A stretch of DNA of 64,000 nucleotides from Malacoraja senta (taxonomy: Eukaryota): NCBI GenBank assembly GCA_038087875.1, contig CM075988.1, positions 8,620,001 to 8,684,000 on the forward strand, read 5' to 3'. The notes beneath the pieces are model-generated. The model had not been told where the DNA came from. It saw only the letters and a program-made list of their open reading frames with translations, and did not search any database. This document shows positions 25,321 through 37,208 of this stretch, piece after piece. The translations under genes and the position numbers were made by a program. Each line of letters starts with the position of its first letter. Position 1 is the first letter of the stretch.

Positions 25321-25644
25321 AATATATTACTGTAACAATATATATATGCCTATCATCTTAAACCACACACAGTTATTCTCACAGATTAGGTATACGCCAG
25401 TATATTATTAACCAAAAGTGTTTTTGATTCCTTTTGCTAACATGTGCATTTTATTTAGTCCTTATAGCAATATAAATAATAATGAGGATATAACTAGTAA
25501 AATATCAAATAGATTAATTTTGAGCAATTGAATGGCCTTATTCAACTCAACTTTGGTATTTTACTGAGATCATTCGTTTAATGAAAGAAAAATAGGATTA
25601 AGTTAGCAGCTTTTCACGAACTTGAACTTATCAAATGTGTCTAT

Positions 25645-25850
25645 GACAATGAAGTACATGTGAAATACTGTAATATAGAGAAAATATGGCAGCCAATTGC
25701 ACACAGCAAGATCTCACAAACAGTAATCAAATAATAACTACAGAAAATCAAAGGTGCAAGAATAAATGTTTATCAGGAGAAGGAGAGAAACATTTGCTCT
25801 ATGGGCTCCTTTATGGTCAGGCAAGGTATTAGATGGGACCCCAGTTTGAA
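25645..25850 (-). mobile_element. DeuSINE (SacSINE1-like) relic
   Basis: caatgaagtac..tggcagccaattgcacacagcaagatctcacaaacag, a recognisable Deu-domain core. Confidence 0.55.
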
Positions 25851-26019
25851 ATATTGGGTGGGTGAGAGTGTGGGGATCTTGAGATATCTGGTGAAGATAA
25901 ATGTAGAAATATCTGTAGAAAGGACAGGGTGAGAGTGCACGGTAGAAAAATTGAGCAAGGATAATGAAAATTGTGTTTAGAAGGGACGGGGCGTTCAATC
26001 AGCTGCAGCAGGAATTATA

Positions 26020-28260
26020 GTAAAGAAAGAAAATTGAAAATTCTTCATCTGAATGTGTAACACCGTTCATAATAAGATGGATGAATGATAAGACGAATAG
26101 AAATAAATGGGCATGATCTAAGAGCCATTACAGAGAAACGTCTGCAGAGTTACCAAGATTGAGAGCTGAATATTTCAGGTAAGTAATAATAATAATAATA
26201 ACTTTATTTATAGAGCACTTTAAAAACAACCACAGTTGCAACAAAGTGCTGTACATGATTAATCATGGACAAGAAATTATTACATAACAATAAAAACATT
26301 AAACGAAAGAGTAAAAACAATAAAATTAAAAACATTAAAAGCACTAAAAACAGGAGCAAAGTCTCAAGCAGTGTCAAAAGCCAAGGAAATATAAATGTGT
26401 TTTAATACTGGTTTTAAAGATGGACAGTGAGGGGGCCTGTCTGATGTGCAACGGCAGGGTGTTCCAGAGTGCCGGAGCAGCAACAGAGAAGGCTCTATCC
26501 CCTCTGAGCTTCCGCTTAGACCTCGGTACCTCCAGGAGCAGCTGATCAGGAGCGTATGGGTGGAGCAGTTCAGAAAGGTAAGGCGGGGCGAGCCCATTTA
26601 GAGATTTAAAAGCAAATAAAAGAATTTTAAAATGAACTCGAAAGTGCACCGGGAGCCAGTGGAGGGAGGCCAGAATTGGCGTTATGTGCTCCCTCTTTCG
26701 AGTTCCAGTTAAAAGGCGAGCAGCAGCATTTTGAACCAACTGGAGACGAGCCAGTGAAGATCGTGCAACTCCAAAATAGAGTGCGTTACAGTAATCCAGC
26801 CTAGATGTAATAAAGGCATGGATTACTGTTTCAAAATGCTGCCGCTCGAGAATGGGCAATAAACATACTTAAGTAAGTAAGTTTATTGTCCAGGTATTCA
26901 CATACAAGGAATTTAAGGCACACTTTGTATTTAACTTTTAGGATAGACAAAGTGAAAAAGGAAGAGGTTGACATTAAAAGAACAGGTAAGGAGGAAAGGT
27001 CTTGGCTCAGAAAAATTCAAGCAGTTGAATTGGTTTAAGTGATGCTAAGATGCGGCAATATTGGGGGATTTTTTTTATAGCCCACAAACTAGAAATAATC
27101 TAGGGCAGAGTATAAATCAAGACATTGAGGCACATGTAACAACACAATAATCATGGGCAATTTTAATCTAAATACACAGACTGGGCAATCTAAATTAGTA
27201 GTAATAGTGTAGTAGACAAATTCATGGAATTATGTTAAGTATTAAGGAACCAACTAGAGAAAAGTTTGTTAATTAATAAAACAGATTAATTAAAACAGTT
27301 AATTAATGTAGTTAAGCTTTGAGACAAGAGTGTTCTTAATATGATGGATTTTTTATATCAGCAATGATTTAGTTCAATCCAAAACCAGAGACTTAAATCT
27401 TAACAAAACAAATTGTGAAGGTATGAGGCATGAATTGAATAGTTGGTGAGGAAACCATATCAAATGGTATGAGATTACATAAGCAATTACTAAAATTGGA
27501 ATAATTAATTATAATTTACAAAACTATATATTCCTTTTGCGGAACAAGAACCCAACAGAAAACGTGGTCCAGCCATGGTTCACAAGAGAAATTAATTACA
27601 GCAATAAATTAAAGAAAATGGCTTATATTATTGACAAAAAAGAAGTAAGACTGAAGATTGGAAAAATCAACATTTTCTGTTGAGTACTTGTGTCACAAAA
27701 GGGACATATTGTTTTATAAACAATATATTAATTCTTCAGTTTCAGTAACTGGTTATGTAAAGATACCTTTTAATATCATCTCCACAACAGCTATTCATGC
27801 CTCTTATGTTCACGATATTGATAAAGAATGGCAAAATAGAACGAGATTAATCTGATGAGAAATATAAACTGTAAAAGCTTCTATAGATGTGCAAAACAGA
27901 AAATATATGTAAACGTTAAGAGGTCCTTTTACAGACTAAGGCGAGAGTAATTATCTGTGGTAATAAGAAAAATGACAGAGAAATTAATTATTTTGTCTCT
28001 GCCTTTCTGGAAATAGTTCAAAACAACAGGTTCAGAGTAAATGAGTTGAAAGAAGGTGTCATTAGAGAAAACAGTTTGGAGCTATTAATGACTCTGAAAG
28101 ACAATTAGTTACCTGGGACCAAATGATGTGCTCCCAGGAGTTTGAAAGAGGTGGCTCCAGAAATATTGGATGCAATGGTTGCCATCTTCCAAAAATTCAC
28201 ATATTGGAAGGTGGCAAATATAACACGGCCGTTTAAGAAAGGAATATTTGTTGGCCTTTT
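26020..28260 (+). mobile_element. Ancient CR1 ORF2 relic (endonuclease to RT start), AT-decayed
   Basis: NKMDE..IEINGHDL.AITE near 26070-26140, IIMGNFNL near 27150, WKVANIT..FKKG near 28205-28243. Confidence 0.7.
26184..26858 (-). mobile_element. L2 LINE 3' end, young
   Basis: ORF 26374..26859 (IHAFITSRLDYCNAL..LQLVQNAAARLL..HITPILASLHWLPV) with (TTA)n tail. Confidence 0.92.
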
Positions 28261-28354
28261 ATCACAAGAGGACATTAGAACATAAGTAAAGCCATTGGTA
28301 TTTGTTTATTATTGTCACGTGTAACATATTTGTTTATTATTGTCAACATATGAC

Positions 28355-29190
28355 AGTGTGGCACAGGAACAGGAACACACCCTTCAGCCTACAATGTCTG
28401 TGCCAAACATGTTGCCAAGTTAAACTAATCTCATCTGGCAGCACATGGTCCATATATCTCCATTTCCTGCATATCAATATGTCTATCTAAAATGCCTCTT
28501 AAATGCCACTATCGTATCTGCCTCCACCACTACCCTTGGCTGTGCGATCCAGGCACGCAGCCCTCTGTGTAAAAAAAACCTGCCCTGCATATCTCCTTTA
28601 AATTTTGCCGCTCTCACCTATCTATGTCTCTCATAATTTTAAGTGTTCAATTATAATATGTACTATATACTTTGTATGCAGGTCCTCCGCCGATTTTTTT
28701 GGAAACTGGTAGTCCGGCACCTCCTTTATACAGGACTAAATTACGAGAGTGCACTTGTACTCTCCCCCGAAATTCCCCCCGAAAATATGGCTCCTAGTCC
28801 GGGTGAGGCAGCCAATCTCCACCTCATTGCGATCAACCTCCGCGGTTGATTGTCAGATCGAATTTGTCGGCTGAAGCCGGGGCTCTGGAACTCCGGCTTG
28901 GCCGGAGCCAGCAGATCCGTTCCCATAGCCAACTTCCAAGGTCAACTTTGTGGGCCAGTCCCCCCAAGGCCCTGACCTCTGTTAGTCCAGCATAATATGA
29001 CAAGGCTCTGGAACTAAGGGTGCCTGAAAATGGGTGGTGGACCTGTACCTCTATCAGGCCTCCCCTCATTCTCCTACTTTCCAGAGAAAACCCAAGTTTT
29101 TCCCGACCTCTCCTTAAAGCCACCACCCTCTAATCCAGGCAGCATTCAGGTAAACCTCTTCTGCATCCTCTCCAAAGCCTTCATGTCCTG
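28355..29190 (-). mobile_element. CR1 3' part, split by a MITE
   Basis: ORF 28833..29126 begins with CR1 LGFSLESRRMRGGLIEV; CR1 3' UTR at 28355-28620. Confidence 0.7.
28679..29045. mobile_element. Tc1/mariner (pogo/Tigger-like) MITE
   Basis: TIRs CAGGTCCTCCGCCGATTTT / AAAATGGGTGGTGGACCTG; right flank TA, left flank TG. Confidence 0.7.
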
Positions 29191-29687
29191 GCTACTCTCC
29201 ACATCACATGTTGCTGGAGAAGTTGTAAAGATGTTTATCAGTGCCCCGGCAATCTTCTCTTTTGCCTCTCAATAAGCTACGGTGGATCTCATCAGGCTCC
29301 AGGGATTTACCCACCAATCTCTTCAGCAGCCTCCATTTCGATTTTAAACTGCCCTAGCATGTTAGTATTCCCCACACTGATCTCACGATGCATCTTGACC
29401 CGAAACGTCACCCAGTCCTTCTCTCCAGAGATGTTGCCTGCCCTGCTGAATTACTCCAGCATTTTGTCTATTTTCACTTACCTCCATGTCCTTGTCGTCG
29501 GGGATACAGATGCAAAATACTCTTTTATGTTCTGTGATACAGTCCTGTTGCATCAATGTGGAATGATTGCAGATGAACCCAATAATTGGCACTTCCATGC
29601 TGGGCCAAAGGGCCTGTTTCTGTGCTGTGCCACTCTAGATGTTGTCCATCAGTCTTTGATTCTAATCTGTTGACGACGCTTCTCCAA

Positions 29688-29840
29688 AAGTTAGATAGAG
29701 CTCCTAGGGCTAGCGGAATCAAGGGGTATGGGGAGAAGGCAGGTCCGGGGTACTGATTGTAAATGATCAGCCATGATCACATTGAATGGCGGTGCTGGCT
29801 CGAAGGGCTGAATGGCCTACTCCTGCATCTATTGTCTATG
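29688..29840 (+). mobile_element. CR1 3' end
   Basis: gatcagccatgatcacattgaatggcggtgctggctcgaagggctgaatggcctactcctgc. Confidence 0.85.
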
Positions 29841-30400
29841 TGCAGGAGTAGGTTTGGAGCCTGGGAGCTCCACACCGGCGCGGCCTTGTCGACTTCGGAA
29901 GCCGCGGACTCCGGTAAGGAAGCGGCCGTTCCAGGTGGCCCAGCCGCTGAGAGGACTCTCCCGACTCCGGGGCAACAGCACCCGGCGAGAACGGCCAGGA
30001 ACATCGGGCCTCCGTAGAGGCAATAGCGGAGGCCTCAATAGGCCTGACTTTGGGAGAACTGGGGATGGGGACTGGACATTGTGCCTTCTCCCACAGTGGT
30101 AACCATCCAGTGGGGGGATGATTTTTGTGTGTTAGTGATTATTTTAGTCTGTGTCCAAGATGGCTGCTGGAAGGGAGAGTGTACGCTGGCGCGGTTTAGC
30201 AGCCGCTGCTCTCTCTTCACATTGTGTTTCTGATTTTTTAGTTTTGGGATCGAATTCTGTCTTTAATTTGTGTATTGGTGATGTCCTTACTATTTATTTT
30301 ACTCCGATTATATGTTTTTTTACTTGTTAAATACTGTAAGGTGTCCTTGAGACTCTTGAAAGGCGCCCATAAATAAAATTTATTATTATTATTATTATTA
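29841..30400 (+). mobile_element. GC-rich non-coding retroposon with L2-type tail
   Basis: Ends tgtaaggtgtccttgag..gaaaggcgcccataaataaaatt(TAT)n. CpG-rich body, inserted in the CR1 tail. Confidence 0.6.
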
Positions 30401-31034
30401 TGTATCTATGAATTCTGGAAATCCTTTTAACCAATAACCTGACAGCCAGAATCAGCAGTGTCCACTGCTTTCCGTGAGTTGTGATGTAACTTTGTAAACT
30501 GTATTGAGAGACTGATTCTCATTTCTTGCTCCAGGATTGCTCCAATACTCATGTGTGTCACCTGTTCGCTCGCTGATCAGCACATCAACAACCTTTGGTG
30601 CATCGGCCTTCATCATCTTTTTTGCTCTGGGTGCTTACAGAGGTAACAGATGCATCCTGTATACAAACCCATTGTATCACAAACGCGTGCACTACACATC
30701 ACTCATATGTTGTGAAATGAGAATCCATTTGTTTGTGCCTCCAGTTCACAAGCGACATGTACAGCTGACGGCTATTTCCGTGTACTTCCAGCTGATCTCC
30801 TTCATCTTCTTGCTGATGGCAGCACTCTTCTGCCTGGTTGATCTAAGTAAGTGCTGTAACGTCTTTGTCTTTACATTCTCACATCAGCCATATTTCTTTG
30901 CCATCCATGAGATAGAGAGTGTCCCTTGGTCTAGCTTAGATGCATGTCCAGACATTGAACTCGTCTGAGAGCTTTGCTGTGTAGGCCTTGTTTTGATTAA
31001 GTGGGGAAGAACACCAACTTGCACTTAGAACTAG

Positions 31035-31320
31035 TCTGTCCAAAACTTGTTGGTCTTGCAGCAGAGTAAGATGTCCATCAGGGAATGTTGCCGACTGGCC
31101 CGCTCAACACTGTAGGAATACGTGCTGGGGACATATGAAGCTCGGTGCAGCCAACACCAAGGCAATGTGGGGGAGGAGCACAGTCTAGGGTCCTGCCGCT
31201 GCTGGACAATATGACACTATTAATTGTATAGATGTTGAGAATGTCTGAAGAGTTTTTACACAGTTAGGGTTTTTTATTTTTTTTTAATTTTGAATAAAGT
31301 TTATTTTTGAAAATTATAAA
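31035..31320 (+). mobile_element. Tx1/L1-clade LINE 3' end
   Basis: MSIRECCRLARS.L.EYVLGT..KLGAANTKAMWGRSTV* followed by gaataaagtttatttttgaaa. Confidence 0.7.
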
Positions 31321-31349
31321 AGGGAGCATAGAGCAGCATAGGAACAGGA

Positions 31350-31922
31350 TAGACACAAAAAGCTGGAGTAACTCAGCGGGTCAGGCAGCATCTCTGGAGA
31401 AAATGGATAGGTGATGTTTCACAGAGTGCTGGAGTAACTCGGTGGGTCAGGCAGCATCTCTGGAACACATGGATAGGTGATGATTCGCAGAGTGCTCAAG
31501 TAACTCAGCGGGTCAGGCAGCATCTCTGAAGAATATAGATAGGTGACATTTCCCGAAGTGCTGGAGTAACTCAGCGGGTCAAGCAGCATATATGGAGCGA
31601 AGGAAATAGGCAACATTTCGGGCCGAAACCAAGAAGAAGGGTTTCGGCCCGAAACCAAGAAGAACGGTTTCGGCCCGAAACATTGCCTATTTCCTTCGCT
31701 CCATAGATGCTGCTGCACCCGCTGAGTTTCTACAGCACTTTTGTCTACGAAGGAGTAGTTGACATTTCACAGAGTGCTGGGATAACTCAGTGGGTCAGGC
31801 AACATCTCTGGAGAACATGGATAGGTGACGTTTCGCAGAGTGTTGGAGTAACTCAGCGGGTTAGGCAGCATCTCTGGAGAAAAGGAATAGGTGGCGTTTC
31901 AGGTTGAGACCCTTCTTCAGAA
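31350..31922. repeat. Tandem ~66-bp pLTR-derived array
   Basis: Unit cagagtgctggagtaactcagcgggtcaggcagcatctctggagaacatggataggtgacgtttc starting near 31362, 31428, 31494, 31560, 31776 and 31841. Confidence 0.85.
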
Positions 31923-32886
31923 CCTGACATGCCACAAATTTGTGTTTGGTGATTATGTGCTGATTGCCCTGTTAATGGATGTGGCCTTTGGATCTTGTAC
32001 ATACATTAATGTGGACAAGTGTGTGATATTGCACTTTGGGAGGTCAGATGTAAGGGGAAAGTATATAGTAAATGGCAGGACCCTTAGGAGCAGTGATGTC
32101 AAGTCAATTGTCATGTACGTGCATAGGTACAGTGAGTGGCTATGACAACCTTGCTTGCAGCAGCATCACAGGCACAGAGACTCAACACACAAAGCAAATT
32201 AAATATCATTTACACATAAATTCTAAAGATTGTGTAAAACACACTTAGAAATCAAGTCCGTGGTAGTGAACATAGAACGGTAAAGCACAGAAACAGGCCC
32301 TTGGGCATAAAATGTCTGTGGCGTTCATGATGCCAAGAACAACACTTATCTCCTTTCCCATAATCATTATCCCTCTGTGTTCACCACACTCTGTGTTAAC
32401 AGCTTTCCCCACACATCTCCTTCAAACTTTGACCCTCTCACATTAAAGCTATGCCCTCTGATTTGATTTTTCCATCCTGGGAAAAAGGCTCTGACTGTCT
32501 ACTATATCTATGCAATTCATTTATATACTTCTATCAGGTCAGGTTCCCTTTGTGGGCCATACGTTGATACGAGATGGAGGCGCAGGCAAGTCTTGAGTCT
32601 GAAGAAGGGTTTCGGCCCGAAACGTTGCCTATTTCCTACGCTCCATAGATGCTGCTGCACCCGCTGAGTTTCTCCAGCACTTTTGTCTCCCTTTGTGGGC
32701 CAAATGGCCTGTTCCTGTGCTGCACTGTTCTACACAATGCAAGTGTTTGCCTTTAGTTTTCTGAGTCTTGTGAGAAACCTGAAACCAGAATTCATAATTT
32801 CTGATATAGATTCTGCGATATGGATTAGTCGCCATGTAACATGGCAAGGAAGGATTTTTATTTCTGAGAGTTATTAATGTTTGTAA

Positions 32887-34584
32887 TGGCCCTGTCTCAC
32901 GGTGCGAGTCCACCCACAAGTGATCCCGAGTTTAAAACAAATCAAACTCGTGGTAATCATGTAGAATTAACGTAGCGGGAACGTCGGAACTCGTAACGCT
33001 AACGGCAGGTACTCGGGAAACTTGTTAACTCGTGAAAATCTTTCAACATGATGAAATATTTCCACGAGTCAAATTTACTCTTGAAGTAAAATTTTTAAAC
33101 TTTTAAACTCGTTGTAAGAATGTAGTAGCCCGTGAGTTTACCGTAGTGACTCGTGAGTCTACCGTGGGCACTCTTTAACTCAGCGGGACAGGCAGTATCT
33201 CCGGAGAGAAGGAATGGGTGAGGGGATGACGTTTCCAAAATTCTGCTGCGTCTTTGTGTTACTCCAGCACTGTGTGCTCACTTTTTGTCAACCAGCATCT
33301 GCCCTTTCTTGTGTATGACATTATTTGTATCCGTGGCAGTTGTTTGTCACTCCCTTCAGTTTCCCAGGGGGTCGGGACGGGACTGGAGTTGGGAGGGAAA
33401 GGTGGGGGGGGGGAGGGGAAAGAACAAATATATGAAACACCAAAAACGGACAGCAGAGATGTCTTTGCTACAATAATCGGACTATTGGTACGCTGCTGTT
33501 TCCTTAACTACGGTCATGTGAAACGACTCTTGTACATTTAATATACCGACGATGTCTGGCAGTGAATCTCACACTCTCAAATCCGTAGAGAGCCATGAAA
33601 AGCTGGAGTAACTCAGCGGGTCAGACAGCATCTCTGGAGAAATGGTCAAGGCGACTGCAGATTGCCGTCTGAAGAAGGGTCTCGACCCGAAATCTCGCCG
33701 ATTCCTTTTCTCCAGATATGCTGCCTGTCCCGCTGACTTACCCCAGCTTTTTTAGCCTATCTTCGGTTTAAACCAGCATATGCAGTTCCTTCCTGCACCT
33801 CTCAAATCTGTGCCATTATTCAGTACTCCAATTTTTGTTTTATTTTACTAATTCTGGATATCGCCCCATTCGTTGGTCGTACGCCTCCACCCCTGGTGCT
33901 TTAAGTGCATTTGTTTTTTCTTTTACCCCCGGGAGGAAAAAAAATCAAATCCAGGAGTTCATCTGGAGCAGTTCTCGGATATAACAGCGAATGAAGAGAA
34001 ATTGGCGGGTTATTTAGAAATTAATCCTTAAAGAGAGCGTAACTCGTTGGATAAATGAGATCGTCACTAGGCAGCGTCCCCCCTCCTACACCCGTCCCGA
34101 CTCCCTGGGAAACTGAAGGGAGCGACAATCAACTGCCACGGATACAAATAATGTCATACACGAGAAAGGGCAGATGCTGGTTGACAAAAAGTGAACACAC
34201 AGTGCTGGAGTAACACAAAGATGCAGCAGAAATTTGGAAACGTCGTCCCGTCACCCATTCCTTCTCTCCAGAGATACTGCCTGTCCCGCTGAGTTAAAGA
34301 GTGCCCACGGTAGACTCACGAATCACTACGGTAAACTCACGGGCTACTACGTTTTACAACGAGTTTAAAAGTTTAAAATGTTTACTTCAAGAGTAAATTT
34401 GACTCGTGGAAATCTTTCATCATGTTGAAAGATTTTCACGAGTTAACAAGTTTCCCGAGTACCTGCCGTTAGCGTTACGAGTTCCGACGTTCCCGCTACG
34501 CTAATTTTACGTGATTACCACGAGTTTGATTTGTTTTAAACTCGGGATCACTCGTGGGTGGACTCGCACCGTGAGACAGGGGTT
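32887..34584. mobile_element. Foldback PIF/Harbinger-type element with ~495-bp TIRs
   Basis: 32887-33381 is the reverse complement of 34091-34584. Flanks TAA / TTA. Partial copy at 62663. Confidence 0.9.
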
Positions 34585-35249
34585 TTAGTCTAAACCGTTA
34601 CATTTAGTTTAGTGTTTATTGTCATGTGTACCGAGGTACAGTGAAAACCTTCTGTTTGTGTGCTGTCCGGTCACATAAACACTATCATGATTGTAACTTC
34701 TCCCCAGCCCTGTGACCATCCTGCTCCAGAAATTCTAGGGAGCGGGGAGGTAGAAACCAGCTGGACACCAGAATTTGGGATATGGCACTCCAGAGAAATG
34801 TTCAACACTGCACAGCGTTATTCTTTAAAATGTTCAAATGGAGACATCACGTCCTTGTGTCGGCCCTGGTCAAGGACAGTGGTTTGGATCTGATGATGTT
34901 TTAGCTCTGTCACACTTGAGAGTGCTTTTCAGTGGTGGCACCTTCCTCTTGCTTCCTTTCTACTTACTTGCCAGTTTTACTGCTCTTTATCCAGGGCTGC
35001 TTTTAAGATACTGATTGCCTCAGAGTGGAGAGGTTGTGAACAGTATGGAGGTGCAACTAGATGTGCTTTGCCTCATAGCTTCAGTGATCAAGGTTCAATC
35101 CCGACCTCGGCCCATGTCTGAGTAGTGTTTGCACGTTCTCCTTGTGACCGCATGGGTTCCCCCAGTATGTTTCCTGCCGCATCCCTTGGCTCTGTGGTAA
35201 GTTCATGGCTCTGTGAAGGTGGTAAAATAAGTGGATAGGATGGAAAAGA

Positions 35250-35480
35250 AGCTCTGATGATATGCTTGTCTTTGTCATTCGAAGCATTGCGTATACGTGG
35301 ATGTCATGTTATAGCTGTATAAAATATGATTAAACCACATTTGGAGTATCATGTGCAGTTCTGGACAATGTTATACAGGAAAAATGCAGAGGTTTTGGAG
35401 AGGGTGCAGAAGAGGTTCACCAGGATGCTGCCTAGATTAGAGGGCATTAGATATAAGAAGAGGATGGACAAATTGGTTGG
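35250..35480 (+). mobile_element. CR1 ORF2 fragment
   Basis: ORF 35326..: IKPHLEYHVQFW..LERVQKRFTRMLPRLEG. Confidence 0.85.
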
Positions 35481-35796
35481 TGGAGGGTGGTTGGTGGAGG
35501 GTGGGGAGAGGGAGGATAATGGAGGAGGGGAATAGGAGACTGAAGGGGGAGAGTGGGATGCATTCACATTGATCTTATAATTTACAAGTTATTGCCATTT
35601 AAAACTTTAAAAACGTCGCAGTCGCGCTCCCACTTGCCGGCCGCGCCTGCGCAGTTGGGTGAGGGTTACCATGACTCACGTCACAACGGGGATCTCTGGC
35701 GTCACAACAAGAACCCATCAGCCGCCCCCGCGCAGTTGGAGGCTATGGGTGAGTGGTGGAATATTGCGTTGCGGGAATGGGCCTAACTTGGTCTAG
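35480..35796 (+). mobile_element. Probable non-autonomous Helitron 3' fragment
   Basis: CpG-rich segment ending acttggtCTAG|T, similar to the 15916 terminus; hairpin eroded. Confidence 0.45.
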
Positions 35797-35874
35797 TTGC
35801 ATCATATAGTCATACAGCATGGAATAGGTCCTTTGACCCAACACAGCTACAATGAACATCAATCACTCATCTAG

Positions 35875-36921
35875 TAGGTATGTTACAATACTTACCTTCA
35901 GCGGCGCTGCAGTTCTGCCACTGGCCGTGTGCGCAACTTTGGTGCCTTTGAGGGGGGGGGGTGGGGATTAAAATGCCGTTTTCTCCTGCCTGTCCGAGAT
36001 ATATTTTCTCGGGCTGCTAGCTGATCCTGAAAAATCGTTCCGACTTCCGTTCTCGGAAGTTTTTTTTTTAAATCGCGGAACAATTTAATCACTGGAGTCA
36101 AGTAAAAAAGCGACTTCTAATGCCGTCAACGCCGACAACGGGACGGATCTCACGTAGGGGACAAAACATAAGGTAAGTCATTTATTTTACATATAAACTT
36201 GCTTCTTAGGATGACTTTAATCAAAATTTCCTTGGCGAAAATGTGATTTTTGCCCCATATGAACCGGCAGTGATTTTTCCTGCCGATATGGGGTTCAAAT
36301 TCACTGCAACCGCAACTTTCCAATCGATCGCGTTCCATAAAAACCCACTCGCAAGATGATTAAAATGCCCATTAATTTACAGGAATTAAACATTAAATTC
36401 CTTCCATTTGGCCTATAAATTCATGACAATGAGATTTTAAAATCATGTTATATTGTGAATTCTTGTGTGAATGTTATTTGGACACTTAGGCTATTTAAAA
36501 ATGTTAATCTTTTCTTAAGAAATGGATAGATGTTTAGATCTAGTAATTGAATTTTGTAATTAGCTAAAATTAGGTAACTAACTAATTATATGCTTTAATT
36601 TCAGGTCATCCAAGTAAGATTGTTTCATATTTGTTTCAGAATGCTTCAATCTATAATAACTGAAAATGTTTTTCAGTTCTCTTAATTTTTACAAAAGTTA
36701 TGGGCTTTTGACTGTCCTCGATCACAGCTTTTGTGTTAAGTCAATGGAAAAGCAATAGGGAACAAGATGCTAATTTCCGAGTATGAAAATGGCCATAACG
36801 TTTTTAATACTGAAGATATGAAAGTGAATTAGGTGTCAAATTAAAGTTCTTTTTATGCTTTATCTGATGGGATAAATTGTAGACTTGATTTTTAAAATCT
36901 CAAAATGTTGTAACATTGCTA
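35875..36921. mobile_element. Non-autonomous TIR DNA transposon with 7-bp TSD (superfamily uncertain)
   Basis: TIRs TAGGTATGTTACAA / TTGTAACATTGCTA. Direct repeat CATCTAG at 35868-35874 and 36922-36928. Confidence 0.8.
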
Positions 36922-36944
36922 CATCTAGACTTCAGACTTCACTT

Positions 36945-37208
36945 CAGAGATACAGCATAAAACAGGCCCTACAGCCCACCGAGTCTGTGCCGACCAGTGA
37001 TCAACCCGTACACTAACCTACACCCACTATGGACAATTTTACAACTTACTGAAGCCAATTAACCTACAAACCTGTTGGAGCACCCGGAGAAAATTCACAT
37101 GGTCACAAAAATACAAACTCTGTACAGACAGCACCCGTACTCAGGATCGAAACCCAATCTCCGGCGCTGTAAGGCAGTAACTCGACTGCTGCGCCACTGT
37201 GCCACCCT
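36945..37208 (-). mobile_element. HE1-like V-SINE
   Basis: Reverse complement of the SINE consensus, including caggatcgaa B-box. Confidence 0.8.

Noticed and set aside
30537..30968. 143-aa hydrophobic plus-strand ORF, or an exon after the acceptor at 30534
   Set aside because: No recognisable domain, non-ATG start, and a weak donor (GTAACA).
31350..31922. CRISPR-like 66-bp periodicity
   Set aside because: The whole unit repeats; there are no unique spacers.
35888..35897. U1 snRNA 5' end (ATACTTACCT)
   Set aside because: Similarity stops after 10 nt; it is better explained as an antisense splice donor.
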